Notes: generated by a model from the letters alone, not told the origin. Positions 8,466 to 17,984 are shown, counted from the stretch's first letter. The stretch: 36,713 nt of DNA from an uncultured Methanosarcinales archaeon (GCA_964398115.1 CAYNLP010000002.1:1-36713); one strand, 5' to 3'. A program made the numbers and translations.

Positions 8466-9656
8466 ATGCGCAGACGGAGAGGACAGTCAGACGCCAGTGG
8501 GGCCGCAACCCTCCTAGTAATCATAGCCGTCATGATACTTCTATACCTAGTCTTCATACCCGCACAAGAAAGACAAAAACTCCTAGATGGAACAGGTGAA
8601 GACGACAGGCCAGGAGGTCCACCCGGACAACCCAGTGGAGAAAATGTCTTACTCTCCCAAAAAATAGGCGAAATAAACCCTCCAGGACCCAACCAAAAAG
8701 AACACACCTTACCAAGCTTCACCATCTTCACCAAGACAAACGCTAAAGAAATACATCGAAAACCAGTGCTAACCGCAAGACGAGGCATCTTCACAGACGA
8801 ACCCGCAAAGATAAACTTCCAATACAATCCCTCCAACACGGACAACTTAAGGCTTTCCTTCAACGCAAGAAGGAGCGGTGGAAAGCTCAAAATATTACTA
8901 AACGGAGAAACAATATTCAACAACGAATTAGAAAGCGGAAGTCCAAAACCCATAACACTACCAGAAAGCCTGTTACAAAGAGAAAACACGCTAACCTTCA
9001 AAGCAAACAGTCCAGGCCTAGCATTCTGGAGAGTAAACACACACGAACTAGAAAACATAATAGTAAGTGGTGAAGTAACGGACAGAACCGGATCAACCGC
9101 CTCACAACACTTCTCAATACCACAAAAAGAATTTGAATCAATGGAGATGGCAGAACTACGATTTCTCCCAAACTGTAACACACAAAAAGCGGGCAGGATG
9201 AGAATAAGTGTAAACCATCAACAACTATACTCAGGATTCGCCGATTGCGGAGTGCCAAACACTGTAGAGATAGCTAAAAATCTCTTACAACCCGGCGACA
9301 ACACCCTAACATTCGTTTCACAACAAGGACAATACTTAATAGACACCGTTAAAGTGACCACACACTTAGAAGAACAACAAGTACCAGTTTACTACTTCAA
9401 CATCCCTCAAAGGCTTTACAGAGCTCTCTATGTAAACGACGCACTATTATTCCTTAAACTAAGGTTTACAGACGCGAGAAGTCGAAAGACAGGAACATTA
9501 AACATTAACGGATATGAAACAACTTTCGACACTAATCAAAGAGTGTATCAAACACAAGTAAATCCTGAGTTCTTGATGTCTGGTCCAAACAGTGTAATGA
9601 TAGTTCCACAAGGAAAATCACTGCACATAGCAGAACTAAGAGTAGAAACATCATAG
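8466..9656 (+). CDS. Class III signal peptide (pilin-like) surface protein with three beta-rich repeats
   Basis: MRRRRG|QSDASGAATLLVIIAVMILLYLVFI N-terminus. Repeated units: ILLNG..LLQRENTLTF, ISVNH..LLQPGDNTLTF, LNING..LMSGPNSVMI. TTTATATA at 8435-8442. Confidence 0.75.
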   Translation: MRRRRGQSDASGAATLLVIIAVMILLYLVFIPAQERQKLLDGTGEDDRPGGPPGQPSGENVLLSQKIGEINPPGPNQKEHTLPSFTIFTKTNAKEIHRKPVLTARRGIFTDEPAKINFQYNPSNTDNLRLSFNARRSGGKLKILLNGETIFNNELESGSPKPITLPESLLQRENTLTFKANSPGLAFWRVNTHELENIIVSGEVTDRTGSTASQHFSIPQKEFESMEMAELRFLPNCNTQKAGRMRISVNHQQLYSGFADCGVPNTVEIAKNLLQPGDNTLTFVSQQGQYLIDTVKVTTHLEEQQVPVYYFNIPQRLYRALYVNDALLFLKLRFTDARSRKTGTLNINGYETTFDTNQRVYQTQVNPEFLMSGPNSVMIVPQGKSLHIAELRVETS

Positions 9657-9696
9657 CTCGAAAACTTATTATAGGAATAATGCTGGTTTTAAGTCA

Positions 9697-11745
9697 ATGG
9701 CAGATGACATCATCGAAGAGTGGAGAAAGTTCATAGAAAAAAGAGGTATGTCTCAAACTCCTAGGATAAAACAACTCCTCAAATTTCTAGAACAAAAAAA
9801 CGTTCCATATGAAGAAGTAGAACGCGCCGTTGAAAAAGACCATCCTCACATCTCACTTGATAACCACGGCCGAGTAATGAGCAGGGATGACAGCGAAAAA
9901 CTAATCGAAACCATCATGGGAATAGAAAGAGACATACAAGACTCGGAAGAAGAACTTAGAGAAGAGATGGAAGAAGAAGTCCGAAGACTAGAGAATGAAA
10001 AAGAAAGGGCACAAAATTCTCAAGAAGAACTTCAAGAAGAAGAACGCGAACTTGAACGAAAAAGTCGAGAAATAGAAGAAAGCGTAGAAGAGGCAGAAAG
10101 AGAACTAGATGAAGAAGAAAACAAAGCCAAGAAATGGATGAAAAAAGGCAAAAACGCTGCCGAAAAAGGAGCTCAAGCTGCAGGTTCTGCCGCGGCAGGA
10201 GCAAAAAACGCTTACGACAAAAAAAGAAAAAAGAGAAAACTAGATAAATTACGAGAAAATTGGATGAATAAAAATTCTGACAGTAGCAATGGGGGAGCGC
10301 TAAAAGAGTTTATAATGTTCTTAGCCTTAGCAATCCCTCATTACGTCCTCTCGATAGGTGTTGCAGGAGGAAGTTGGAACGTATTCTGGATGGGAGTAGT
10401 AATAACTTTATTTCTAGCAGGATACTATTCTGTACAATATAACAGCAGACAAATATGGGGCGTAGCCCTAGCAGAAATATTTGGAGTCCTCGGAATAAAC
10501 TGGCTCGTCGGTCTAGGTGGAGTAAACAACATGTTACCAGCGTCTATAGCATCTCTATTCACGATACTCTGGTGGTGTACTCCCCTCCTAGCTATTTATG
10601 TCGGATCACAACTCAACTGGTGGCCGACCAGACTATGGGCGTTAGCAATTGTGGGATTAATGATAATGTGGCTAGTGCACGATCTCGGATTAAGAAACTT
10701 CTTCCCACAACTAGCGGCGGAACAAAACCTAGCTCAAGCATCTGGACAAGCTTGGGAAGACTTAAAGTCAGCATTCAATAACCTTATCGACGTTTTCAAA
10801 AGTGGAATGGAATCTCTAGTAGGCGCAGGACAGAGATCAATTAACTACGCAACCGGGGGCTACTACACCAGCGTGGTTGAACAACAACAAGGGGAAGACA
10901 TAGGATTAGCTATTGACGACTTCCGTGCCGTAAGCGACGTATTCTTCCAAGGCCAAGAAGTATTCCTCTGGGCCGACATCACCGGCAAGACTTTCAAAGA
11001 AAAAATTAGCGTGAGCACACACTGCTTTACAGAAGAAAAAGAAGGAAGCACAAGTCCCTCAACTTTCGAAATATTCGCCGAAGGAGGCGAATCAGTACGA
11101 TGCACCTTCCAAAACCTTTCGGAAGGGAGTCACACCGTCAACTTCCAAGCAGGATTCCCCTTCTCAACTTGGGGCTACGTAACATACACATTTGTAGAAC
11201 AACAAACAAAATACAACATCTTATCACAAGATAAAAACATAAATAGAGAACTCGACATTCCTTCAACAGTTAAACCTACATATACTCCTGGCCCAGTAAG
11301 GTTAGAAATGGCAGCTGACATTCCACAACCAGTAGGAATCGATACCAGTAATGGATTAAACGCTCCATTTGGAGCCAGACTCACAAATAAATGGACGGAA
11401 GGAAGAATAGATGAAGTAAGCCACTTCATAGTATTAACCCCCCCTGAATTCAGACTCTTCGATTGTGACGCTCAAAAAGAAGAATTATTGGAAGACCCTT
11501 ACTGCGAGGTAGATAGAGACAGATGTGCAGAAAACATGAATGCTTACAGATTCAGCGTGAATCCTGGAAGACAATTACAACAAATAGGGTGCAGAGTTGG
11601 ACTCTCAGGAGGAACAGATCCAAGTGAAGTAATCCCACCTGGTCAGCAAAAGATGCAAAAAACATTTGTAGTAAGAGCAGAATATGATTACATACTTGAA
11701 GAAAGAGAAACCGTCGAGGTGAGGGAGAGATATGCAGAAAGCTAA
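9697..11745 (+). CDS. Multi-pass membrane protein with N-terminal coiled coil and C-terminal beta-rich extracellular region
   Basis: Glu-rich heptad stretch (~aa 70-150), about five hydrophobic segments (~aa 205-330), then a beta-rich region with paired Cys and GPV and YDY motifs echoing the downstream paralogs. Confidence 0.8.
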   Translation: MADDIIEEWRKFIEKRGMSQTPRIKQLLKFLEQKNVPYEEVERAVEKDHPHISLDNHGRVMSRDDSEKLIETIMGIERDIQDSEEELREEMEEEVRRLENEKERAQNSQEELQEEERELERKSREIEESVEEAERELDEEENKAKKWMKKGKNAAEKGAQAAGSAAAGAKNAYDKKRKKRKLDKLRENWMNKNSDSSNGGALKEFIMFLALAIPHYVLSIGVAGGSWNVFWMGVVITLFLAGYYSVQYNSRQIWGVALAEIFGVLGINWLVGLGGVNNMLPASIASLFTILWWCTPLLAIYVGSQLNWWPTRLWALAIVGLMIMWLVHDLGLRNFFPQLAAEQNLAQASGQAWEDLKSAFNNLIDVFKSGMESLVGAGQRSINYATGGYYTSVVEQQQGEDIGLAIDDFRAVSDVFFQGQEVFLWADITGKTFKEKISVSTHCFTEEKEGSTSPSTFEIFAEGGESVRCTFQNLSEGSHTVNFQAGFPFSTWGYVTYTFVEQQTKYNILSQDKNINRELDIPSTVKPTYTPGPVRLEMAADIPQPVGIDTSNGLNAPFGARLTNKWTEGRIDEVSHFIVLTPPEFRLFDCDAQKEELLEDPYCEVDRDRCAENMNAYRFSVNPGRQLQQIGCRVGLSGGTDPSEVIPPGQQKMQKTFVVRAEYDYILEERETVEVRERYAES

Positions 11746-13108
11746 ACTAATAATACCTCTCCTGCTAGTTTCTCTCCTAGCGTGCACACCACAACAAGAG
11801 GGGCCTAACCCTGCAAAGTTCAATAAAGGAACAGAAGGGATAAACATAGAATTTGTCGAGAATTCCCCACCAAACAAAGTATACGAAGACACTTCTTTCC
11901 CAATGATGGTACAAATCCATAACAGAGGTGCAAAAGACATACCTTTCACAACAGAAATAGATGGAGAAACCGTCGAGTCTCAACCAGCAAGCATCTCAAT
12001 GAACTTTGACAACTTCTACATAGACTACGCAGGAGACTTAACTCGAGAGGAAGTCCAATCAAGTTTACAAAATCTGAAAATACGAGGCAAATCAGAAATA
12101 GTCCCGAATGGAGAAGTTCGAAACGTGAAACTCGGAAATCTACAAGCACAAAAAATAGTGGGGAACAGAGAATCTCCTGAGACGCAACTATACGCTAGCA
12201 TATGCTATCCTTACGAGACAAAATTATCCACAGACTTATGTATGGACGCAAACACTCAATCAGAAAACGTAAGAGAACAAGTTTGCCAAGCAACTGACCT
12301 CGCTTTCAGTCGAGGACAAGGTGCACCCGTTTCTATAACCAAAGTAGAAGTAGATATGGTCCCCCTAGGAAGTATGACTAGACCTAGCCTAACCATCCAC
12401 ATAGAAAATACAGGTCCTGGAAACGTGTTAAAATCACTAACTGGAGAAAGCGATTTAGAGGAAGCTTGTGCTCTACAATCTGAACCTTCAAACCTTAACA
12501 CTATCAATGTAGAAGCAGATATTGCAGGAGTCGAACTTGAATGCGAACCAGATCCAGTGAGGCTAGCAGGGCAAAAGAACTCTTTCCACTGTATAGTACC
12601 AGAAGAAGATCTTGAAACTGACAGAAACCTATTTAGCAGACAGGATAACTTTGTAACAACATTAAACATCCAACTCTTATACTACTATACAAATAGCGTT
12701 TCCAAAAAAATAGAAATTCAAAGAAGGTCAAGCAATGAATTCCCACCCCAACAGGAAGAATCCCAATGTCAGGCGTGGGAAACGGAACAAAGTGGGGGTG
12801 TGTGCACAAACAAATGTGGACAAGACAGCGAAACTGCAGGTTACACTTGTTCATGCAATAGAGAGGAATGTATAGATGAGTTGGAAGATAGCGGACGATG
12901 CAACTTACAAAACCTTTGCCCACCAGGAAGCTATTGCTGTAAGAAAACCGCTTGTGACGACTTTGATGGAGACGCCACAAGTTGCAGACAAGACGGGAAA
13001 TGCAGTTATTGCGAAGCAACAGATGAATGCGTAAGAGGAACATGTGATCAATGCGAATACGAGGCCGTAAAGCAAGATGGAGTCTGTGTTGAAAATGAAG
13101 AAGGATAA
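11732..13108 (+). CDS. Putative surface lipoprotein, paralog 1, with Cys-rich tail
   Basis: Lipobox-like LLAC. Core motifs NSPP, ICYPYET, GQGAPV, ENTGPG, YYY. Tail with 18 Cys. Confidence 0.82.
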   Translation: MQKAKLIIPLLLVSLLACTPQQEGPNPAKFNKGTEGINIEFVENSPPNKVYEDTSFPMMVQIHNRGAKDIPFTTEIDGETVESQPASISMNFDNFYIDYAGDLTREEVQSSLQNLKIRGKSEIVPNGEVRNVKLGNLQAQKIVGNRESPETQLYASICYPYETKLSTDLCMDANTQSENVREQVCQATDLAFSRGQGAPVSITKVEVDMVPLGSMTRPSLTIHIENTGPGNVLKSLTGESDLEEACALQSEPSNLNTINVEADIAGVELECEPDPVRLAGQKNSFHCIVPEEDLETDRNLFSRQDNFVTTLNIQLLYYYTNSVSKKIEIQRRSSNEFPPQQEESQCQAWETEQSGGVCTNKCGQDSETAGYTCSCNREECIDELEDSGRCNLQNLCPPGSYCCKKTACDDFDGDATSCRQDGKCSYCEATDECVRGTCDQCEYEAVKQDGVCVENEEG

Positions 13109-14387
13109 GATATTACTTTCAATAATTGTTTTAACCCTTATCCTAGCAGGTTGTTCCCAATTCAGACAGAACCCAGAAGAAAGAGAATATTACCAAGGAC
13201 GTGAAGGCGTAGATATAAGTTTTGAACAAAACTCGCCACCCACTCAGTTATTCTACCGAGGAAATCCAGTAGAGTTTGACATAGCAGTAAATGTTGAAAA
13301 CGAAGGTTCATCTCTAACAAAAGGAGGGATATACCTATCCGGATATGATCCCAGCATTATAGACATCGAAGAAATAGAGGAAGATAAAGATTTCTTCAAC
13401 ATGTGTAACATTGACATTGGAAACCTAGACTTTGGCAGCTTCAGAGGATACTTACAATGTCAAAGATTTGACTTAGGTGTTCTCGGACAACCCAAAGTCG
13501 GAGTTAGTTTAGATGGAGGAGTCTTCATCACATTAGATGATTTAAACCTAGGAAATGCTCTTGACAACCTCTTCAACACAGACTTTTTCACATCTATGGG
13601 AGTTGATCAAACAAGCGTTAATCTAGACACACGAGGAGACGGTTACAGGATAGATGTAGATTTTGAAAGTGCGCAATGGGATCCAAATATCGGATCAAGA
13701 GGTCGCTTCCTACTATCAGCTTGGGCGCCTATAGACTTCACCATAAACCAAGGCAGACAATTCTTACTCAAAGGAGACAATCCAAGATTTCCCGGAGGAG
13801 AAAGGGAAACAATAACTTATCATGGAGAAGTCCGACAATTACCAGAAGGAAGAGATGAAACAACACAACCTATAATGGCAACTTCCTGTTATCTATACGC
13901 AACCTATGCCGCTCCTGAAGTATGCATAGACCTCCAACCCTATTCAGAAGGAGAAAAAACGTGTCGAAGAAAAACTCACAACTTCAACTCTCAAGGCGCC
14001 CCAGTAGCAATTAAATCCGTGTCGCAACAACCAGCAGGAGAAGAAATAATGTTTAAGATGAAAATAGAAAACGTAGGTGACGGTCAAGTATACAATCCAC
14101 TAAAGATACACAAATGCAGTCCTTACTATCCAGCACCAGCCACTAGAGAAGATACTAACACACTCGTTCTAGGAATGGTTTACATAGGAGACCAAATGTT
14201 AGAATGCATCCCTGAAAACCACACCGTAAACTTATACAACGGACAAGGAATAGCAAAATGCATTTACAAACCAGATGAAGAAAATGTTGTAAGCAATACA
14301 GGATACACCACTCCTCTTGTGGCAGAACTATGGTACGGTTATTCCGAAACGATAAGGAGAAACGTAAAGATTCAAAGGATAGTTTAG
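13095..14387 (+). CDS. Putative surface lipoprotein, paralog 2
   Basis: Start moved to ATG 13095 (MKKDKILLSIIVLTLILAGC, lipobox LAGC). Motifs NSPP, PRFPGG, SCYLYAT, SQGAPV, ENVGDG, ELWYGY. Confidence 0.85.
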   Translation: MKKDKILLSIIVLTLILAGCSQFRQNPEEREYYQGREGVDISFEQNSPPTQLFYRGNPVEFDIAVNVENEGSSLTKGGIYLSGYDPSIIDIEEIEEDKDFFNMCNIDIGNLDFGSFRGYLQCQRFDLGVLGQPKVGVSLDGGVFITLDDLNLGNALDNLFNTDFFTSMGVDQTSVNLDTRGDGYRIDVDFESAQWDPNIGSRGRFLLSAWAPIDFTINQGRQFLLKGDNPRFPGGERETITYHGEVRQLPEGRDETTQPIMATSCYLYATYAAPEVCIDLQPYSEGEKTCRRKTHNFNSQGAPVAIKSVSQQPAGEEIMFKMKIENVGDGQVYNPLKIHKCSPYYPAPATREDTNTLVLGMVYIGDQMLECIPENHTVNLYNGQGIAKCIYKPDEENVVSNTGYTTPLVAELWYGYSETIRRNVKIQRIV

Positions 14388-14424
14388 AAAACTTTATATA
14401 ATAACAACGAGGAAGCTTTAGACG

Positions 14425-15714
14425 ATGAAGAAACTACTTTTCACATTTGGACTTCTCGCCTTACTATTATTCTTAACCGCGTGTAACACCAATCAAAACC
14501 CGGAAGATCGGAACTACTTTCAAGGCTATGAAGGTGTAGAAACCCGTTTTGCAGATCGAGACAGTCCTCCAAGAGACCTTTACTATTACTCTGACACCGA
14601 TGACAATCGATTTGACATAACCGTAGAAGTAGAAAACCAAGGAGCGAGTTATGCACGAGGTGGCTTATATCTTTCAGGATATGATCCTAATATGATACAC
14701 GTGAGAGGAATAAACCCTGATCTTTCCGGATTTGGAACATGCGGTTTTAGCCTAGGCAACGTCGGATTCGGAGAATTCGGCTTTGAAGTACAATGCGACC
14801 GAGCAAGTGTAAGAACCGGAGGAAGTGGACTTCTAATAGATGTTGAAAACGTAGGTCGTATCTTAAACGATATCTTTGAAACGACAGGTTGGGAAGAAGG
14901 AAGAGTTATAGGAGAACCGGTTGAAAACCTTGATTTCACAATTGACAAAAGTAGTACCAACAATAAATATAGTCTTAACTTTAACTTGGCAGGACAAAAC
15001 ATCGATTTGGAATATGCAAGTAGAGGACGTTTAATGCTGGCAATGCTCCCTATCGATTTCACGAGAAACTTCGGTAAAGAATACATACTAGCTGGCGACA
15101 CACCAAGATTCCCCGGAGGAGACATGGCAGTAGTTCCCTGGGAAGCTAACATCCAAAACTTCCCACAAGGTATTGATGATACTAGACAAACATTTATGGT
15201 AACCAACTGTTACCTATACAGTACACACGCCTCACCTGTAGTATGCATAGATCCATCACCTCATAGTCAAAGCGAGAAAGTTTGTAACCCCTTAAGATAC
15301 AATCCAACAAACGGGCAAGGAGCTCCTGTAGCAGTCACTTCAATACAGCAAGAAAACACACCAAGAGAAGCCGTGTTCAAAATCAGAGTTTCTAACCAAG
15401 GCAATGGCGAAGTTTGGAGTCCTGGAAAAATCTCCAAGTGCAATCCGTACACGGAAACGCGAGTGACAAGCAAAGATAAAAACAGAGTGTGGTTGGGCCA
15501 AGTCAGAGTTTCTGGAGATCCAACCAGATTAGACTGCGTACCTGACGACGTCATAAGACTGGACCCAGATACAGAAAGCGGAGTGGTAACTTGTAAGTAT
15601 GACATCCCATTCCAAGGCGTACAATCCGCTTATCAAACTCCCTTAGTGGTAGAACTCTGGTACGGTTACGAAGATACAATACGCAGAACAGTGACTGTGA
15701 AGAGAGCTATTTAA
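14425..15714 (+). CDS. Putative surface lipoprotein, paralog 3
   Basis: Lipobox LTAC. Motifs DSPP, PRFPGG, NCYLYST, GQGAPV, ELWYGY. Closest to paralog 2. Confidence 0.85.
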   Translation: MKKLLFTFGLLALLLFLTACNTNQNPEDRNYFQGYEGVETRFADRDSPPRDLYYYSDTDDNRFDITVEVENQGASYARGGLYLSGYDPNMIHVRGINPDLSGFGTCGFSLGNVGFGEFGFEVQCDRASVRTGGSGLLIDVENVGRILNDIFETTGWEEGRVIGEPVENLDFTIDKSSTNNKYSLNFNLAGQNIDLEYASRGRLMLAMLPIDFTRNFGKEYILAGDTPRFPGGDMAVVPWEANIQNFPQGIDDTRQTFMVTNCYLYSTHASPVVCIDPSPHSQSEKVCNPLRYNPTNGQGAPVAVTSIQQENTPREAVFKIRVSNQGNGEVWSPGKISKCNPYTETRVTSKDKNRVWLGQVRVSGDPTRLDCVPDDVIRLDPDTESGVVTCKYDIPFQGVQSAYQTPLVVELWYGYEDTIRRTVTVKRAI

Positions 15715-15756
15715 GACGAAACATTTATTAACAAATTACTGGATATGGGTTTAATA

Positions 15757-16791
15757 ATGAAATACAAGACGTTGGTCTTTGCGGTAATTGCTTGTTCTCT
15801 CCTTTTAGTAGGTTGTCAACAACAGCAAGAAGATCAACAACAAGACATAACAGAACCCTTCATAGGAGGGAACATCGGTTTAAACACGCACCTGCTTGAA
15901 GGAGTACCTCCAAAAGTAATTCAGGATAACGGTCAAAGTGTGTTCAGCTACGCTATCGTAATGGAAAATCAAGGAGAAGCAGATGTGGGGCCTGGAACAG
16001 AAAACAACTTTGTCCAAGTAAAACTTGAAGGAGTAAACCCTGGACAGTGGGGAGTAAATGAGAGTGTTAAACAACTACAACAACCCTTGAGAGGAGCTAG
16101 GAAAAACATTGATGGCACCATGCTCCCAGGAGAAATGACAACTGTAAGTTTTGAAGGATTAAGCTATCAAAAGAACATCAGAGGTAATACTGAGTTTGTA
16201 CTACGAGGCGACGTTTGCTATGACTACACAACCTATACTTCCACACAGATTTGTTTGAAAGATAATGTTTTAGAAAACATTCAAGATTCAAGCGTTTGCA
16301 CCTTGACTGGCGAAAAGAATCCGAAGAATAGCGGCGCACCCCTACACATAACAAGCTTGATACAAAACCCCCTTGCTGAAAACAAAATACAAATCGCGTT
16401 TGAGGTAGAACACGTAGGACAAGGACAATTCTACGGAGACCCACAGTTCAGCAATGCAGAAGAAGAAAGTTGTAACCCTTCACCAAGCAATTTCAACAAG
16501 AACAAGGTCACGGTGGTTGTAAAACCAATATCCGATCCTGGATACAAAGTTGACTGTCCAAGATTCGGAGGAGGCAATCAAGGAACTATAAAACTTGCGC
16601 AAGGCGCACCCCAAAGAATCAGTTGCACTGTAGAAAGAACCAGGTCAAGTGAAGGAAGAATATTCCAAGACATTATGGAAATCAACTTGCATTACAGATA
16701 TCAACAATTTATTGAAACACCTATTGTCGTGCAAGACGTTAGTAACGAGCCAGGAGCTGAAACGGGAGCTAGCGGAACTGGCAGTAATTAA
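15757..16791 (+). CDS. Putative surface lipoprotein, paralog 4
   Basis: Start taken as ATG 15757 (MKYK..LLLVGC), 26 nt after TTTATTAA (15724-15731). Motifs PFIGG, GVPP, LPGE, VCYDYTT, SGAPL, YRY. Confidence 0.85.
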   Translation: MKYKTLVFAVIACSLLLVGCQQQQEDQQQDITEPFIGGNIGLNTHLLEGVPPKVIQDNGQSVFSYAIVMENQGEADVGPGTENNFVQVKLEGVNPGQWGVNESVKQLQQPLRGARKNIDGTMLPGEMTTVSFEGLSYQKNIRGNTEFVLRGDVCYDYTTYTSTQICLKDNVLENIQDSSVCTLTGEKNPKNSGAPLHITSLIQNPLAENKIQIAFEVEHVGQGQFYGDPQFSNAEEESCNPSPSNFNKNKVTVVVKPISDPGYKVDCPRFGGGNQGTIKLAQGAPQRISCTVERTRSSEGRIFQDIMEINLHYRYQQFIETPIVVQDVSNEPGAETGASGTGSN

Positions 16792-16800
16792 TTTCTTATA

Positions 16801-17925
16801 ATGAAACTAACACGAATACTCGCAGTTGTTGTCTTGGTAGCTTTGATACTTACAGCATGTAGTCAAGAAGAAAATTCTGATAAAGACATTATAAACCCCT
16901 TTATAGGTGGTTCTCAAGGGTTGAAAATAAGCGTGTTGGATGGTGCACCACCTCCTACAGTGACGGATAGCGGGTCCCAAAGGTTTGCAATCACGCTAGC
17001 GATAGAAAACGTTGGAGAAAGCACGGTAGGCGAAGGTGAAAATCCTTTCATCGTGACGAGACTTTCAGGAATATCTCCGCAAAACTTTGGAACAATAAAG
17101 GAGAACTTGACGAAAGAAGTCGACCAGAGCTTAATGGGTGCTAGAAAAAACGTTGATGGAACGATCCTACCAGGAGAAACTACATCAGTCTCTTTCCAAC
17201 CTTTAAATTACCAAAATTCTGTTCCCGGAAGCCAAGTTTTTAGATTCAGAGCAAACGTTTGTTATGATTACAGCACACACGCAACCATGAAGGTGTGTGT
17301 TAAAGATAACGTTTTAGAAAACGTACAAGATAATAGTTTATGCACTCTAAGAAGAGATTTGAACCCATTAAACAGTGGCGGACCTCTACACGTTGTCAAA
17401 GCAGATCAAAATCCAGTCGGTGATAATAGAATCCAAGTTAATTTTGAAGTGGCAAACGTTGGCGACGGAGTTTTCTTCAATCGAAGGAGTGATAATCCTA
17501 GAAAAGCTTGCAGTTTTAACGTGAGAAATAAAAACATGTATGAAGCTCTGATAGTAGCTCATCCTGTTGATCCAAAAAATTATGATTTAGACTGTACAGG
17601 TTTGAAGGATGAAAAACCTGGTTTTAAAGATTTAAGCTTTTCTGAAGAATCAGAGTATGGCGTTGTAGATTTCGGTAGGAACTCGCCTAGGTCTTTAACG
17701 TGCTTTTTGGAGAAAACCACAGACATAGGAGGCAGGGTTTTCCAAGATGTTATGGAAATTGACATGTATTACAGGTATGGTGAGTTCTTGGAAATTCCTA
17801 TTTTGGTTCAGGATGCGCAGATTGCGGATATGGGCAAGACACCGAAAGGATGGGGTGGAGTCCCTAAAGCCGGTGATTTTAACCCTGAAAGTTCTTCTGG
17901 AGGTTCTCAACCAGGAAATGAATAG
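16801..17925 (+). CDS. Putative surface lipoprotein, paralog 5
   Basis: Lipobox LTAC. Motifs PFIGG, GAPP, GARKNVDGTILPGE, VCYDYST, KDNVLEN, SGGPL, YRY. Closest to paralog 4. Confidence 0.85.
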   Translation: MKLTRILAVVVLVALILTACSQEENSDKDIINPFIGGSQGLKISVLDGAPPPTVTDSGSQRFAITLAIENVGESTVGEGENPFIVTRLSGISPQNFGTIKENLTKEVDQSLMGARKNVDGTILPGETTSVSFQPLNYQNSVPGSQVFRFRANVCYDYSTHATMKVCVKDNVLENVQDNSLCTLRRDLNPLNSGGPLHVVKADQNPVGDNRIQVNFEVANVGDGVFFNRRSDNPRKACSFNVRNKNMYEALIVAHPVDPKNYDLDCTGLKDEKPGFKDLSFSEESEYGVVDFGRNSPRSLTCFLEKTTDIGGRVFQDVMEIDMYYRYGEFLEIPILVQDAQIADMGKTPKGWGGVPKAGDFNPESSSGGSQPGNE

Positions 17926-17951
17926 CCTTTTGACTTTTTAATAAAATCGGC

Positions 17952-17984
17952 TTTGCACATTAATGAGGTTTATTTATGTGCAAA
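17952..17984. terminator. Hairpin downstream of the lipoprotein array
   Basis: TTTGCACAT-T-AAT...ATT-T-ATGTGCAAA forms a 13-bp stem with one mismatch, preceded by T-runs after the stop codon. It could instead be a protein-binding site. Confidence 0.45.

Noticed and set aside
11732..17925. CRISPR array, DGR or DNA-level tandem repeat
   Set aside because: Similarity is at protein level only. No spaced nucleotide repeats, TR/VR pair, reverse transcriptase or cas genes were seen.
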